IMG/VR virus record: IMGVR_UViG_3300000123_000002
Location: 1-59,499 of that record
Source: a virus
Taxonomy: Duplodnaviria > Caudoviricetes
Length of the DNA stretch: 59,499 nucleotides
Strand: one strand, 5' to 3'
The notes below the pieces were generated by a model. The model had not been told where the DNA came from. It searched no databases and worked only from the letters and a program-made list of their open reading frames with translations. This document shows, piece after piece, positions 11,014-19,752 of this stretch (position 1 is the stretch's first letter; the number at the start of each line of letters is the position of its first letter). The position numbers and the translations under genes are program-made.

Positions 11014-11391
11014 CTAGTCTACGTATACTTCCTGTACCTTAGCTATAAAATTACCATTATTTACTGTTTCACATTCTATAAGAAGTTTATATGTAGGACG
11101 AATGTAGTATTTATCAACTTTATCACCAATATCAGTAATAAGATTTTCTGTGTCTGCTTTTGGTATTACTAAGTTAACTCTTCCTGCAGAACCATCACCG
11201 TCAACTGTAAGAGCTTTTAACGTCACTTGTGGATAGTTATCACCAATAGGTCCCAAAGTAGATAAAGTAGCAAAGAATGTATCACCACCTACTATAACGA
11301 GAGGTAACGTAGAGTTGTCCTGCTTTATGGTAAATGTGAAAGTATTGTCAGAGCCTTTAGTTATAGAAAACTTTGTAGCACTACAGCTCAT
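11014..11391 (-). CDS. Small beta-rich virion protein (BppU N-terminal-like)
   Basis: 125 aa; ITKGSDNTFTFTIK...GRVNLVIPKADT pattern. Confidence 0.4.
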   Translation of the reverse strand: MSCSATKFSITKGSDNTFTFTIKQDNSTLPLVIVGGDTFFATLSTLGPIGDNYPQVTLKALTVDGDGSAGRVNLVIPKADTENLITDIGDKVDKYYIRPTYKLLIECETVNNGNFIAKVQEVYVD

Positions 11392-11403
11392 AATTAATCC
11401 TTA

Positions 11404-11432
11404 AAAATATGGAGGACTACATAGCCCTCCAC
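11404..11432 (-). terminator. Intrinsic terminator
   Basis: TGGAGGGC-TATGTA-GTCCTCCA followed by TATTTTT on the minus strand. Confidence 0.65.
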
Positions 11433-11448
11433 TTATTGCATATTTTTA

Positions 11449-11961
11449 TTACGCGTCTTCAGTACTGATTGAGTAACGATTACGTTGCTTAGCAGCAGAC
11501 AAACCAGTCTTCATATCTTTTGTATGTAAGGTGATCATAACTTCTTTAAGTGTATCAATGTGGCCCTGAGCAACTTGAATGTTTTCATTTAAAGGAAGAA
11601 TACGTGTACCTAAATCAAAATACTCATTTGAACAGTTAACTGTACAAGTAGTAGTTAGGTTATTTTGTCTTTGGTCATTATCAACTATTTTAATGATACG
11701 CATTTTTTTAGCTGCTAATGTTCGCAAACGAATTTTTTCAGTTTTAGAATTTTTGGTGTTTTTACTATCATAAGCACCACCTGATACACTTGATACACTT
11801 GATGTAGCTTCTTTAGCTGCAACCAGCGAGTCAATTGACGGGCCTGATGTTTCTTGTGCTTTATAGTGTTGCTCAACTTTTTCTTTTAATTTAACTTCAC
11901 TGATATTTGCGTTGTGCTTAATGCCTAATGATGCCGCTTCTGCTTTAAGTTCGTCTAACAT
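11449..11961 (-). CDS. Conserved protein downstream of major capsid (N4 gp55-like)
   Basis: 170 aa; N-terminal LKAEAASLGIKHNANI helix motif; synteny. Confidence 0.6.
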   Translation of the reverse strand: MLDELKAEAASLGIKHNANISEVKLKEKVEQHYKAQETSGPSIDSLVAAKEATSSVSSVSGGAYDSKNTKNSKTEKIRLRTLAAKKMRIIKIVDNDQRQNNLTTTCTVNCSNEYFDLGTRILPLNENIQVAQGHIDTLKEVMITLHTKDMKTGLSAAKQRNRYSISTEDA

Positions 11962-12045
11962 GTCTAATTCCTAAGAGGTTGTTTAGAGTTTCATATGGGT
12001 GTTCACAGAGTATAGTTAACTACTAATTGACTGTAAACAGATATT

Positions 12046-12090
12046 AAATAAAACCTCCTACCAACGAATTGATAAGAGGCTAATCAAACT
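12046..12090 (-). terminator. Terminator after the major capsid gene
   Basis: CCTCTTATCAA-TTCG-TTGGTAGGAGG followed by TTTTATTT. Confidence 0.7.
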
Positions 12091-12097
12091 GCAAATA

Positions 12098-13273
12098 TTA
12101 TGCAGAGGCAGAAACTAATATCTTCAATAATTTCTCTTCTTGCAAGATGATACCTGCGTAGAAGAAGTTATAAGAGAAGAAACCAGTAGTACCATAAGGG
12201 TTACTATTTTCAACTTTAGATGGAGACTTAGAGTTGAATTTGATCTTACCTTGACCTTTAAGACCTACTGTAGCGAAAGAGCCTTCAGTTGGGAAAAGGA
12301 TAGGGAAAGCATCGAAGTTACCACGGTCAGATTCAGTAGCTGAAGCTAAATCAACAGCACCAGTAATTGAAACAGTACCAGCATAGTTCTGTGGAGGAAC
12401 AGCACCTTCACCAGCATAAACTACTGCAGATTCAGATTCGATGAAACGAACTTCATGCATTGCACCAACTTCACCATCAGCTAATGAAGCAGCAGAAGCG
12501 TACTTATGAGATGCAACGTATGCATACTCTTCAGTTGAACCACCACCACGAGTGATTGTTTCTAAATCACCTTTAACGTTAGCACCGATAATAGCGTAGT
12601 ACGCTTTAGCGATAGGTAAAGTACCTACTTTAACGTCACCTGTTACAACAGTTGTGTTTTTCTTAGCACGGTTACGAACCAGTTTACGAACACCCTTACG
12701 GATAAGGTCATAAGTAATCTGTGAATCTTCATCAACAGTTGCTAAAGAAGTAGAACTACCACCGTAGATTACTGTACCAGTTGACAACATGTCACGTTGA
12801 AGTAAATCTTCCTGGCGAGAGTTTGCTAATTCACCAAGTTCTTCACGGTAACGAACTTGAATAGCATCTTCAGAGAAGATTTCAACTTCATCAGTGTAAT
12901 CGATCATTTCACCATAACGTGCTACAGCTGTTTCCATTGTAACTTTGGTAAGTTTAACTTTGTTTACTGCACCTGCGCCTTCAGCTAAACCAGCGTTAGT
13001 TTCTAAATCGGTAGTGATCTCAGTAATAGCACGAGCACTTAAGAAGCCTTTAGAAGCAAATTCTGCATGATCCAGAGCACGATCGTACATGTGTAAAAAT
13101 TTAGAGATTTTAAAAGTTTTACCCATTTTCTTTGGCATACTTTTCTTATCTGCGAATTGGCCATACAAGTTAACACGGTTAGCAGCTTTAACGCCTGCAC
13201 GGTCGTAGTAGTGTACAATTGTATTCTCACCAGAAGTTGAGTTTACGCCGTTACCATAAATATGTTGAGTCAT
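12098..13273 (-). CDS. Major capsid protein (N4 gp56 family)
   Basis: 391 aa; QFADKKSMPKKMGKTFK, EGAGAVN, GEVGAMHEVRFI and NPYGTTGF motifs as in N4-type MCPs. Confidence 0.9.
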   Translation of the reverse strand: MTQHIYGNGVNSTSGENTIVHYYDRAGVKAANRVNLYGQFADKKSMPKKMGKTFKISKFLHMYDRALDHAEFASKGFLSARAITEITTDLETNAGLAEGAGAVNKVKLTKVTMETAVARYGEMIDYTDEVEIFSEDAIQVRYREELGELANSRQEDLLQRDMLSTGTVIYGGSSTSLATVDEDSQITYDLIRKGVRKLVRNRAKKNTTVVTGDVKVGTLPIAKAYYAIIGANVKGDLETITRGGGSTEEYAYVASHKYASAASLADGEVGAMHEVRFIESESAVVYAGEGAVPPQNYAGTVSITGAVDLASATESDRGNFDAFPILFPTEGSFATVGLKGQGKIKFNSKSPSKVENSNPYGTTGFFSYNFFYAGIILQEEKLLKILVSASA

Positions 13274-13334
13274 GTGATGTTTTCCTGTTTATTTAATTGA
13301 TTTTACTGTGTGACATTATGCCACACAAGCTTTA

Positions 13335-14558
13335 CTAAGAGTCCATAGTTTTCTTGTACCAAGAATCAAAATCTTCGCTAGATTCGTCCAAATAGTCAGT
13401 TACTTTATCAGCCTTGTTACTTTTGGCTGGAGCTGCTGCTTTACGTTTTACAGAGGCAGTTTTTGTTTTAGCCCGTTTACTAGACTGAGACTTAGCTTCT
13501 GCAATTCTATCTACTTTGACTTCAGCAACAGGTTCCTGTTTTTTAACGACAGTCTTTTGTTGTTGAGCTGATTTCTGATCATTAGTTTTCTGGTAGTACT
13601 GTTGAGCAGCTTCTTTATAGTAATCTAAATCAGACTTAGACTCTCCACCAAAGACTTTCAGCTTTTCAGCAATAGGTTGTAATGTTTCGTACATCCCACT
13701 TTTAACGTCTGTGTGAAGTAGTTTTATCATCTCAGGGTTTTCAGAAACGGTTGCCCATGACTTATCATCCCACTGATCAGATAGAATACTATGAGTAGTA
13801 GCGTATTCTGTGTCACCTTGAATATCTTTAAGGACATCAGATACAGCTAAAGCAGCTTCATCTCTGCCATAATCCTTAGCTTCATAGGCACTAGCATCTT
13901 CAGCATTCAGTTCGAGAGTGTCAACACCTGTTCGACTTAGTACTTCGTTAATAGCTTCTTTGTTGCCCTTCAACACATCGATCATAAGACTTACATCTTC
14001 ATGACCAAGTTCAGCTCCCTGTAGAGCATCGATAGTTTTACGCCAAGGTTTGATGCTCTGCATCTTTTTGGTGTAATCCATAGCTTTGCCAAACATTTTC
14101 GGAAACTGGCTAACAATTTCTTCACTGGTAAATTCATAATCTTTACCGTTTGCTTTGAAGGAATGTGATTGTGCCGGTTGCTTCTCATCTTTATCTTCGT
14201 CAGTGTCATCTAGACTTTCTTTGCCATCTGTATCAGTATCCCCGTCAGGATTAACTTCAGCAGTTTCTTCAGTGTTGTCTTTATCTACTTCTTCAGAACC
14301 AGGTTCGTCGCTAGTATCATGGTCAGAATCCTCAACATCAGGGTCTTCATCACCACTTTCTTTATCTTCTAAATCTTCTTCAGTATCATCAACATCGATT
14401 TCTTCATCAGCGTCTTCAACGTCATCTGATACTTCATCAGCAGATTCTTCATCTACTGGCAATTCTTCGGTACTTGTGTCTTCAGCTGTAGCAGTTTTAA
14501 AAGCTGCTTCCAGATCTTCATCAGACATGTCCCATAAGTCATCTTCTTGATTAGCCAT
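13335..14558 (-). CDS. Acidic scaffold-like protein (N4 gp57-like)
   Basis: 407 aa; extremely Asp/Glu-rich N-terminus, FKANGKDY...MDYTKKMQ motif; directly upstream of MCP. Confidence 0.75.
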   Translation of the reverse strand: MANQEDDLWDMSDEDLEAAFKTATAEDTSTEELPVDEESADEVSDDVEDADEEIDVDDTEEDLEDKESGDEDPDVEDSDHDTSDEPGSEEVDKDNTEETAEVNPDGDTDTDGKESLDDTDEDKDEKQPAQSHSFKANGKDYEFTSEEIVSQFPKMFGKAMDYTKKMQSIKPWRKTIDALQGAELGHEDVSLMIDVLKGNKEAINEVLSRTGVDTLELNAEDASAYEAKDYGRDEAALAVSDVLKDIQGDTEYATTHSILSDQWDDKSWATVSENPEMIKLLHTDVKSGMYETLQPIAEKLKVFGGESKSDLDYYKEAAQQYYQKTNDQKSAQQQKTVVKKQEPVAEVKVDRIAEAKSQSSKRAKTKTASVKRKAAAPAKSNKADKVTDYLDESSEDFDSWYKKTMDS

Positions 14559-14560
14559 GA

Positions 14561-14890
14561 TTATTCACCTTGACCTGGAAGTTCAAGAGATTCGTCATCT
14601 ACATCTTCTTCATCTGGTACAACAGTTCCAAGGTTTTTGATCATCATAAAATGTTCTTGTAAATGAGAAACAGCAGTTAACTGTTCAATAATGATGCCTC
14701 GTTTACCTTCACGTATAATGCTGTCGTTAGCAAGCATACTAGTTTGGTTTATTACAAAATTCTTAAAGTACCCATCTGTTACCAGTCTTTGGAAACGTGG
14801 GTCTTTTTCTAATTCCGATAAATCTTTATTTAGACCTACCCAGTAATCATTTTCTACTTCTAGTATCTGTTCTTGCTCAAGGTTATTCAT
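14561..14890 (-). CDS. Conserved head-region protein (N4 gp58-like); start probably 14890
   Basis: LEKDPRFQRLVTDGYF motif; position between portal cluster and scaffold. Confidence 0.6.
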   Translation of the reverse strand: MNNLEQEQILEVENDYWVGLNKDLSELEKDPRFQRLVTDGYFKNFVINQTSMLANDSIIREGKRGIIIEQLTAVSHLQEHFMMIKNLGTVVPDEEDVDDESLELPGQGE

Positions 14891-14970
14891 TATTTGAATC
14901 CTATGGTTTAGTTTTTCTTGGTAGTGTGCATTATGCACTTGTTACCTTACAGACCGCATTATATACATGT

Positions 14971-15123
14971 TTAAATGCGCTTAACAACTTTTTTCTTCTT
15001 TTTAACACCTCTATAGAGGTCAGACTTACGTTTTTTAGTGTTTATGGTGCCTGCATAGTGATGTTTGGTGTTTTGCCCACCACCGTCACCGTAGGTCATT
15101 TGGTGGGCTAATCCTTCATCCAT
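14971..15123 (-). CDS. 50-aa basic mini-protein (not in ORF track)
   Basis: MDEGLAHQMTYGDGGGQNTKHHYAGTINTKKRKSDLYRGVKKKKKVVKRI; TAATG overlap with the upstream gene. Confidence 0.65.
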   Translation of the reverse strand: MDEGLAHQMTYGDGGGQNTKHHYAGTINTKKRKSDLYRGVKKKKKVVKRI

Positions 15124-15344
15124 TACTTAAGCATCGCTATCTGTTTTGCCAAACCATCAGGCATATCAGTTATACGTTTAGACTTTAGCCGTTTACTGGC
15201 AGCTACTCGTTTTTTAGTAGCGTCCATACGTTCTTGTGCTCTTTTAGACTTATCTACTGAAGGTAAATAGCTATTACGGATACTTTTATTTTCACTGTCT
15301 GGGCCTGGGCCTAGTCGAGTGTTTGCCATCTGTTTATCATTCAT
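15123..15344 (-). CDS. Hypothetical basic mini-protein, 73 aa
   Basis: Tightly packed operon; GGAGG SD upstream; DGLAKQ motif. Confidence 0.65.
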   Translation of the reverse strand: MNDKQMANTRLGPGPDSENKSIRNSYLPSVDKSKRAQERMDATKKRVAASKRLKSKRITDMPDGLAKQIAMLK

Positions 15345-15346
15345 AA

Positions 15347-15601
15347 TTAACCTCCAACAACTTGTTGAGCTAAACCACCACCCATCTGTGGAGCAGCGGC
15401 TTGCTGATCTTCTTGTGCCATTTGCTGCTCAATAATTTGTATGGCTTGCATAATAAGTTCAGGTGGAATACCCATAGATTCTAATTTCTCTGGAGGAGTA
15501 CCTTCCATAAGTAACTGGATAACTTCATCTACTGAAGGTAATTGACCGCCATCTTGTTGTGGTGCCTGTTGTGCCATACTTGCTGCTAGACCTTGTTCCA
15601 T
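15347..15601 (-). CDS. Hypothetical Gln-rich mini-protein, 84 aa
   Basis: Tightly packed operon; QGLAAS and GGLAQQ motifs. Confidence 0.7.
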   Translation of the reverse strand: MEQGLAASMAQQAPQQDGGQLPSVDEVIQLLMEGTPPEKLESMGIPPELIMQAIQIIEQQMAQEDQQAAAPQMGGGLAQQVVGG

Positions 15602-15612
15602 AATAATTACAC

Positions 15613-16083
15613 CTACTGTTGACTACGTAAAAGTTGTTCTAGTTCAGCTAGACCTGCTTGTTCTGAATCATACTGCATTTGATCTTGTTCTTGTCCTTGA
15701 AGAAAAGCACTTTGTGGTTCATTACCGGTAACTTGAGGTTCCTCAACAGCCTCTGTACCACTTCCAAACATGTTAGATATAGAGTCCAATAAGCTAGGCT
15801 CTTGTGGTTCTTGGTAGTTAAGTCCACTGTTAATACTTTCCTGCATCTGAATGTCTTGTGGTGATCCTTCAACTACTGGTGACCACTGGTTACTGTTAGC
15901 CATTCTCTGCTCAAAGTCACTAAAACCTTCTCTGAAGCCTTCTTCTCTGGCACTGTTAACAAGCTGACTATCACGGTCCTGAGACTTTATAGCTTGAAGC
16001 TCTGCAGCATCTTGCTCGTTACGCTTGTTAATGTTGGAGGTACGGACTGTACCCCCATTTCTGTATAAATCGCTTTCACTCAT
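15613..16083 (-). CDS. Hypothetical acidic/Gln-rich protein, 156 aa
   Basis: Start overlaps the portal stop (TAATG). Confidence 0.7.
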   Translation of the reverse strand: MSESDLYRNGGTVRTSNINKRNEQDAAELQAIKSQDRDSQLVNSAREEGFREGFSDFEQRMANSNQWSPVVEGSPQDIQMQESINSGLNYQEPQEPSLLDSISNMFGSGTEAVEEPQVTGNEPQSAFLQGQEQDQMQYDSEQAGLAELEQLLRSQQ

Positions 16084-18098
16084 TATTGTACTACTCCAAT
16101 ATTTTTATCACCAGTTAAAGACTGTGCGTGCATCTGTTCAAGATTGTACAAATGTTTTTGTGCTTCCTGTGCAGCATTTTGTGCAGCTGCTATATCAGAG
16201 AGTTCAATTTTCTCTAAGTGAGCATACCCAGAATCTTCTTTAATAAACTTAAGATCATTCATGTCAGAATCGCCATTAAGTTTACGAGCTTTAGCTTTCT
16301 CAACTTCTGCCTTGTACTCTTTAAGCTTAGCATCAATTATGTTTTCACCAGCACGAGCATTCTTATCTTTTATTTGAGATTTCAAATGTTCATTCTCAAG
16401 TAATAGATTTTCCATCTGGAGTCTTTTCATTTCTTCTTCAGCAGGATCAACTTGTGGTTGGTAGTCTCTCATACGTTTAGCTTGATCTGGCATACGCATA
16501 AGTTCCATGATATCAGCCATTATTCCTCGGCGAATTTCAGGATCTTCATTAGGGCCGATTGTCTGAAGTAAGAATGAAAGCTCCTGAGACTTAGCTGCAT
16601 TGTCTTCCGCAGTAGATATGGTTATATCAATATCAATACGTCCATCAAGATCATCACGCCTTACAGGTACAAACTCTTCATTAGTTACACGTACAACTTC
16701 TTCATCTTCTAAGTACTCAGAGTTGTAGGACATCCACTTACGCATAAGAGGTTTAATAAGGTTTTCTGCAATGTTACGTACAATGTTCATCCTACGGGTA
16801 GAAGTAGCATCTAACGCGCCTCTAGCGCCTGTAGCTGTACCACCTAGACTACCTGCATTAATACCACCACTGAAAGACTTAGTTCCAGTAGTAGATTCAA
16901 TTTCATTGTTCATTACTGCAATCATATCGAAAGCAGAACTTGGTATCTGATTGTAACTACCTTGCCAAAAATCTTGAGTACTTCCGTTAAACTCAAAGTT
17001 TTTACCTGATAAGAATCTCTTACGGTTAACAGGGTCTAAAGCATTTTTACGAGTAGCTACTTGACCGTTATTGGACTTCGCCATATTGTCAATAATACCG
17101 CGAACAACGGCGGTCTTAACTTTTTGGTTATCGCTGATAAGTTCTGCATTAGATTCTCCGTGTATTTTGAAAGGTACACTATTAAAAGGTACAACGATAA
17201 ATGGTGGTTTCTTATCAGGATAAGGATTAGCACCTAAACGTATAATAATATCGTTAACCCAGGCACAAACTACTGGCTCAGCAATACCATCTTCATCGAT
17301 ATCATAATTACCCCAGTATTCGTAAACTACAATTTTTTTACGTGGTTCATCAGAGAATCTAAAGTTGGTATCATCTTCAGCTTCATAGTCATAATCTTCT
17401 CTACCTATCATGGCTACTTTGTCTAAATTTTTGTAACGGCCATCTTTACGTAATGATGATAAACTTGATTCATATCTATGTATTACGAAATCTGCATCGT
17501 CAAGGTTGTCCTGACAAGTAGGGTCTATGTAGATGTCTTCATTACGACAAACTCTAGCTGTTGGTTGGTTTTTTGTAACAACAACCTCAGTAACTTCTTC
17601 TTGAACTAAATAAGGGTTACCGTATTCATCACCAAGCTCATTACCTTCTTCATCTGTAGCAACTACATCTGCCATAGATTTAACTTCTTTGTCTTCAGTA
17701 TCCCAACCACACTGAACAACTACTGTACCTTCCCTATCTAAAACTTTTACTGCTTTGGATATGAAATTGTACCTGTCGAACTTACGACAAAATTGTGCGT
17801 TAAGAAGTATCTCATTCTGTCTTGCTGAAGCTTCATCTTCGTAGGTTATAGGGATAGCTTTGATAATATCAGCTGTACTAACAAAAGGGTCTACGATCGT
17901 AGCGTGCTGCCACTCAGACTGCTTCTTAATATCTCGAGATACGATTGCGGATTTACCTTTGGTTTCGTTACCATAAGGTTCACCGTTGTACTCAGCTTTC
18001 CACTTAGATATTTTACTATCTTGTGTTTGCTTTAGTATCTCTGCTGACTTTAAATCTGCTTTAAAAGCATTAAGTATCGCAGTTTTATTTATTTTCAT
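16083..18098 (-). CDS. Portal protein (N4 gp59 family); start most likely 18098 (MKINK)
   Basis: GKSAIVSRDIKKQSEW, IYIDPTC, YEYWGNYDIDEDGIAEP, NPYPDKKPPF, TATGARGALDA and VRVTNEEFV motifs. Confidence 0.9.
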   Translation of the reverse strand: MKINKTAILNAFKADLKSAEILKQTQDSKISKWKAEYNGEPYGNETKGKSAIVSRDIKKQSEWQHATIVDPFVSTADIIKAIPITYEDEASARQNEILLNAQFCRKFDRYNFISKAVKVLDREGTVVVQCGWDTEDKEVKSMADVVATDEEGNELGDEYGNPYLVQEEVTEVVVTKNQPTARVCRNEDIYIDPTCQDNLDDADFVIHRYESSLSSLRKDGRYKNLDKVAMIGREDYDYEAEDDTNFRFSDEPRKKIVVYEYWGNYDIDEDGIAEPVVCAWVNDIIIRLGANPYPDKKPPFIVVPFNSVPFKIHGESNAELISDNQKVKTAVVRGIIDNMAKSNNGQVATRKNALDPVNRKRFLSGKNFEFNGSTQDFWQGSYNQIPSSAFDMIAVMNNEIESTTGTKSFSGGINAGSLGGTATGARGALDATSTRRMNIVRNIAENLIKPLMRKWMSYNSEYLEDEEVVRVTNEEFVPVRRDDLDGRIDIDITISTAEDNAAKSQELSFLLQTIGPNEDPEIRRGIMADIMELMRMPDQAKRMRDYQPQVDPAEEEMKRLQMENLLLENEHLKSQIKDKNARAGENIIDAKLKEYKAEVEKAKARKLNGDSDMNDLKFIKEDSGYAHLEKIELSDIAAAQNAAQEAQKHLYNLEQMHAQSLTGDKNIGVVQ

Positions 18099-18137
18099 AT
18101 GACCTTTGCCGTTAGCTGGAAGTATGCTTATTGGCTG

Positions 18138-18166
18138 ATTGTAACAACCACATGATATTGTGTCAA
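18138..18166 (-). promoter_or_regulatory. Sigma70-type late promoter for the portal operon
   Basis: TTGACA-17 nt-TACAAT on the minus strand, ~40 nt upstream of the portal ATG; N4 late genes use host sigma70 RNAP. Confidence 0.75.
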
Positions 18167-18187
18167 TTTGGTTAGATATACAAACAA

Positions 18188-18213
18188 TAAAAAAGCCCAT
18201 TAAGAGAGCTTTT
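18188..18213 (-). terminator. Intrinsic terminator
   Basis: AAAAGCTC-TCTTAAT-GGGCTTTT followed by TTATT. Confidence 0.55.
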
Positions 18214-18252
18214 GTGTGTAGAGGGTTAGTTTACTTGTAGCAGTGTTTTACA

Positions 18253-18660
18253 TTAGGGATTATTACTTGGTACTTCTGACCGTCTAATGTAAGGCTGTAC
18301 AGCTTCTTCCTTTACTACTACAGGGTTTGTAGGGATAGGATTAGTATACCAATCAGAAAATCTGGTACGATTATCTACTAGGTACTTGTGGTAATCCTCC
18401 TTCTTACCTCTTGAGATATCAGGAGGAGTGATTAACTCTTTTATCTCCATAATTACCGAATGTTCTTCCTTTGTAAAAGATGACACTGCTACAGGTTTTT
18501 CTTTGCCTCTCGTCATCTGAAAGTACTCATCATACAGGTGAAACTCAACACCGGACAGGTTATCTATGAAGTGCATGTCATCAACTATAGTTATTGATTT
18601 GTTATCATCTTCAATGTCTGCCAGTATTGCTTTAAGAACTGCGAGTATATCTATTAGCAT
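18253..18660 (-). CDS. Hypothetical protein, 135 aa
   Basis: GGAG SD upstream; no recognised motif. Confidence 0.65.
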   Translation of the reverse strand: MLIDILAVLKAILADIEDDNKSITIVDDMHFIDNLSGVEFHLYDEYFQMTRGKEKPVAVSSFTKEEHSVIMEIKELITPPDISRGKKEDYHKYLVDNRTRFSDWYTNPIPTNPVVVKEEAVQPYIRRSEVPSNNP

Positions 18661-18671
18661 TTGAATTCTCC

Positions 18672-18695
18672 AAAATAAAGGGGGCGAACCCCCAA
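18672..18695 (-). terminator. Intrinsic terminator
   Basis: GGGGG-TTCG-CCCCC-TTTATTTT. Confidence 0.8.
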
Positions 18696-18699
18696 TCTA

Positions 18700-18891
18700 T
18701 TACTTAACGTCTTTTACGGATTTGCTTGTAGAGGACGTTACCTTTACTTTGCCGTTATTACCGTTGTTTCCACTATTGCCAGGTCCATCATCAATCGAAA
18801 CGTCTTGCTTTTGTTTCTGATCCTGTTCTTGGCCCTGACCCTGATGGTCTTTATTATCAATGGTAATATTGATGGTTTGCTTCATATTCAT
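18700..18891 (-). CDS. Hypothetical low-complexity Gln/Asn/Gly protein, 63 aa
   Basis: AAGGA SD; followed by a terminator. Confidence 0.6.
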   Translation of the reverse strand: MNMKQTINITIDNKDHQGQGQEQDQKQKQDVSIDDGPGNSGNNGNNGKVKVTSSTSKSVKDVK

Positions 18892-18921
18892 AACGTCTTC
18901 CTTAGAGCATCCGTTACTTGG

Positions 18922-19464
18922 TCAAGCAGCTAATAGTGCATCCAACTTAGCATTTTGAACAGCGTTTGCTACAGCATCTGAAACTCGAACATCAGAAGCT
19001 TGGTTAGCTAAAATCTGAGCTTGACCAGCAAGTAAAGTTGCATGGTTTTGCACAGCTAGTAACTTGGCTTCACAACAGCATTCAGCCGCTTCTTTTTGAC
19101 CTTGAACAACTAAACGTTCAATGTCACGATTGCGGTCAATAGTACGAAATTCTGAATCTGTAATATCTTTATTAAGAGATGTGATTGCAGCAGTAGAACG
19201 AAACTCTTGGTCAGATATATTCTCATTTAAACGGTCAAACTTAGAGTTGACACTTGCAGTGTGAAAGTTATCAGACAAGGAATCAAGTTTAGCATCTGAT
19301 GCTGTACCATTAGCATGTGCATCAGCAGCTAACATCTGAGTACCAACACCAAAACCACCTCGACCACCGTATCCGTAACCACCGATACCACCACCACCAC
19401 CTAAAAGACTAAGAGTTGCAACTTCACTTGGATTAATTGAGCCGTTATCCATAATAATTCTCAC
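18922..19464 (-). CDS. Gly-rich coiled-coil protein with a CCC motif
   Basis: GGGGGIGGYGYGGRGG N-terminal tract, helical body, ECCCE motif. Confidence 0.7.
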   Translation of the reverse strand: MRIIMDNGSINPSEVATLSLLGGGGGIGGYGYGGRGGFGVGTQMLAADAHANGTASDAKLDSLSDNFHTASVNSKFDRLNENISDQEFRSTAAITSLNKDITDSEFRTIDRNRDIERLVVQGQKEAAECCCEAKLLAVQNHATLLAGQAQILANQASDVRVSDAVANAVQNAKLDALLAA

Positions 19465-19509
19465 TTAAATATTTATATGTCAGGATTGACAATATTAGTT
19501 ATAGTATAG

Positions 19510-19710
19510 GTGGCTAACATTTTAAAGGGGTATACGAAAATGTCACAGGTACATGTTACAGCTAAAGGATTTTGTACATATTGTAATAGCAAGCTAAAAG
19601 AATGCTTAGAATGTGGTGAATGGTTTTACCCAAAAAGAGAAGACCATGTAAGGTGCAGTGATAAGTGTAGAACTAGAAAATCTAGGAGATTAAAGAAGGA
19701 GAATAAGTAG
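19510..19710 (+). CDS. Small zinc-finger protein, divergently transcribed (start may be ATG 19540)
   Basis: CxxC, CxxCG...CSDKCR and basic tail (CGNR-zinc-finger-like pattern). Confidence 0.65.
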   Translation: MANILKGYTKMSQVHVTAKGFCTYCNSKLKECLECGEWFYPKREDHVRCSDKCRTRKSRRLKKENK

Positions 19711-19713
19711 GGT

Positions 19714-19744
19714 TATGACAGGTATTTTTTAAGTACCTGTCATA
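19714..19744. terminator. Hairpin between convergent genes (probable bidirectional terminator)
   Basis: Perfect 11-bp inverted repeat TATGACAGGTA / TACCTGTCATA. Confidence 0.65.
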
Positions 19745-19752
19745 TGTCTATA

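Noticed and set aside
18099-18200. 34-aa N-terminal extension of the portal in the ORF track
   Set aside because: It spans a sigma70 promoter and a terminator; ATG 18098 has an AAGG SD
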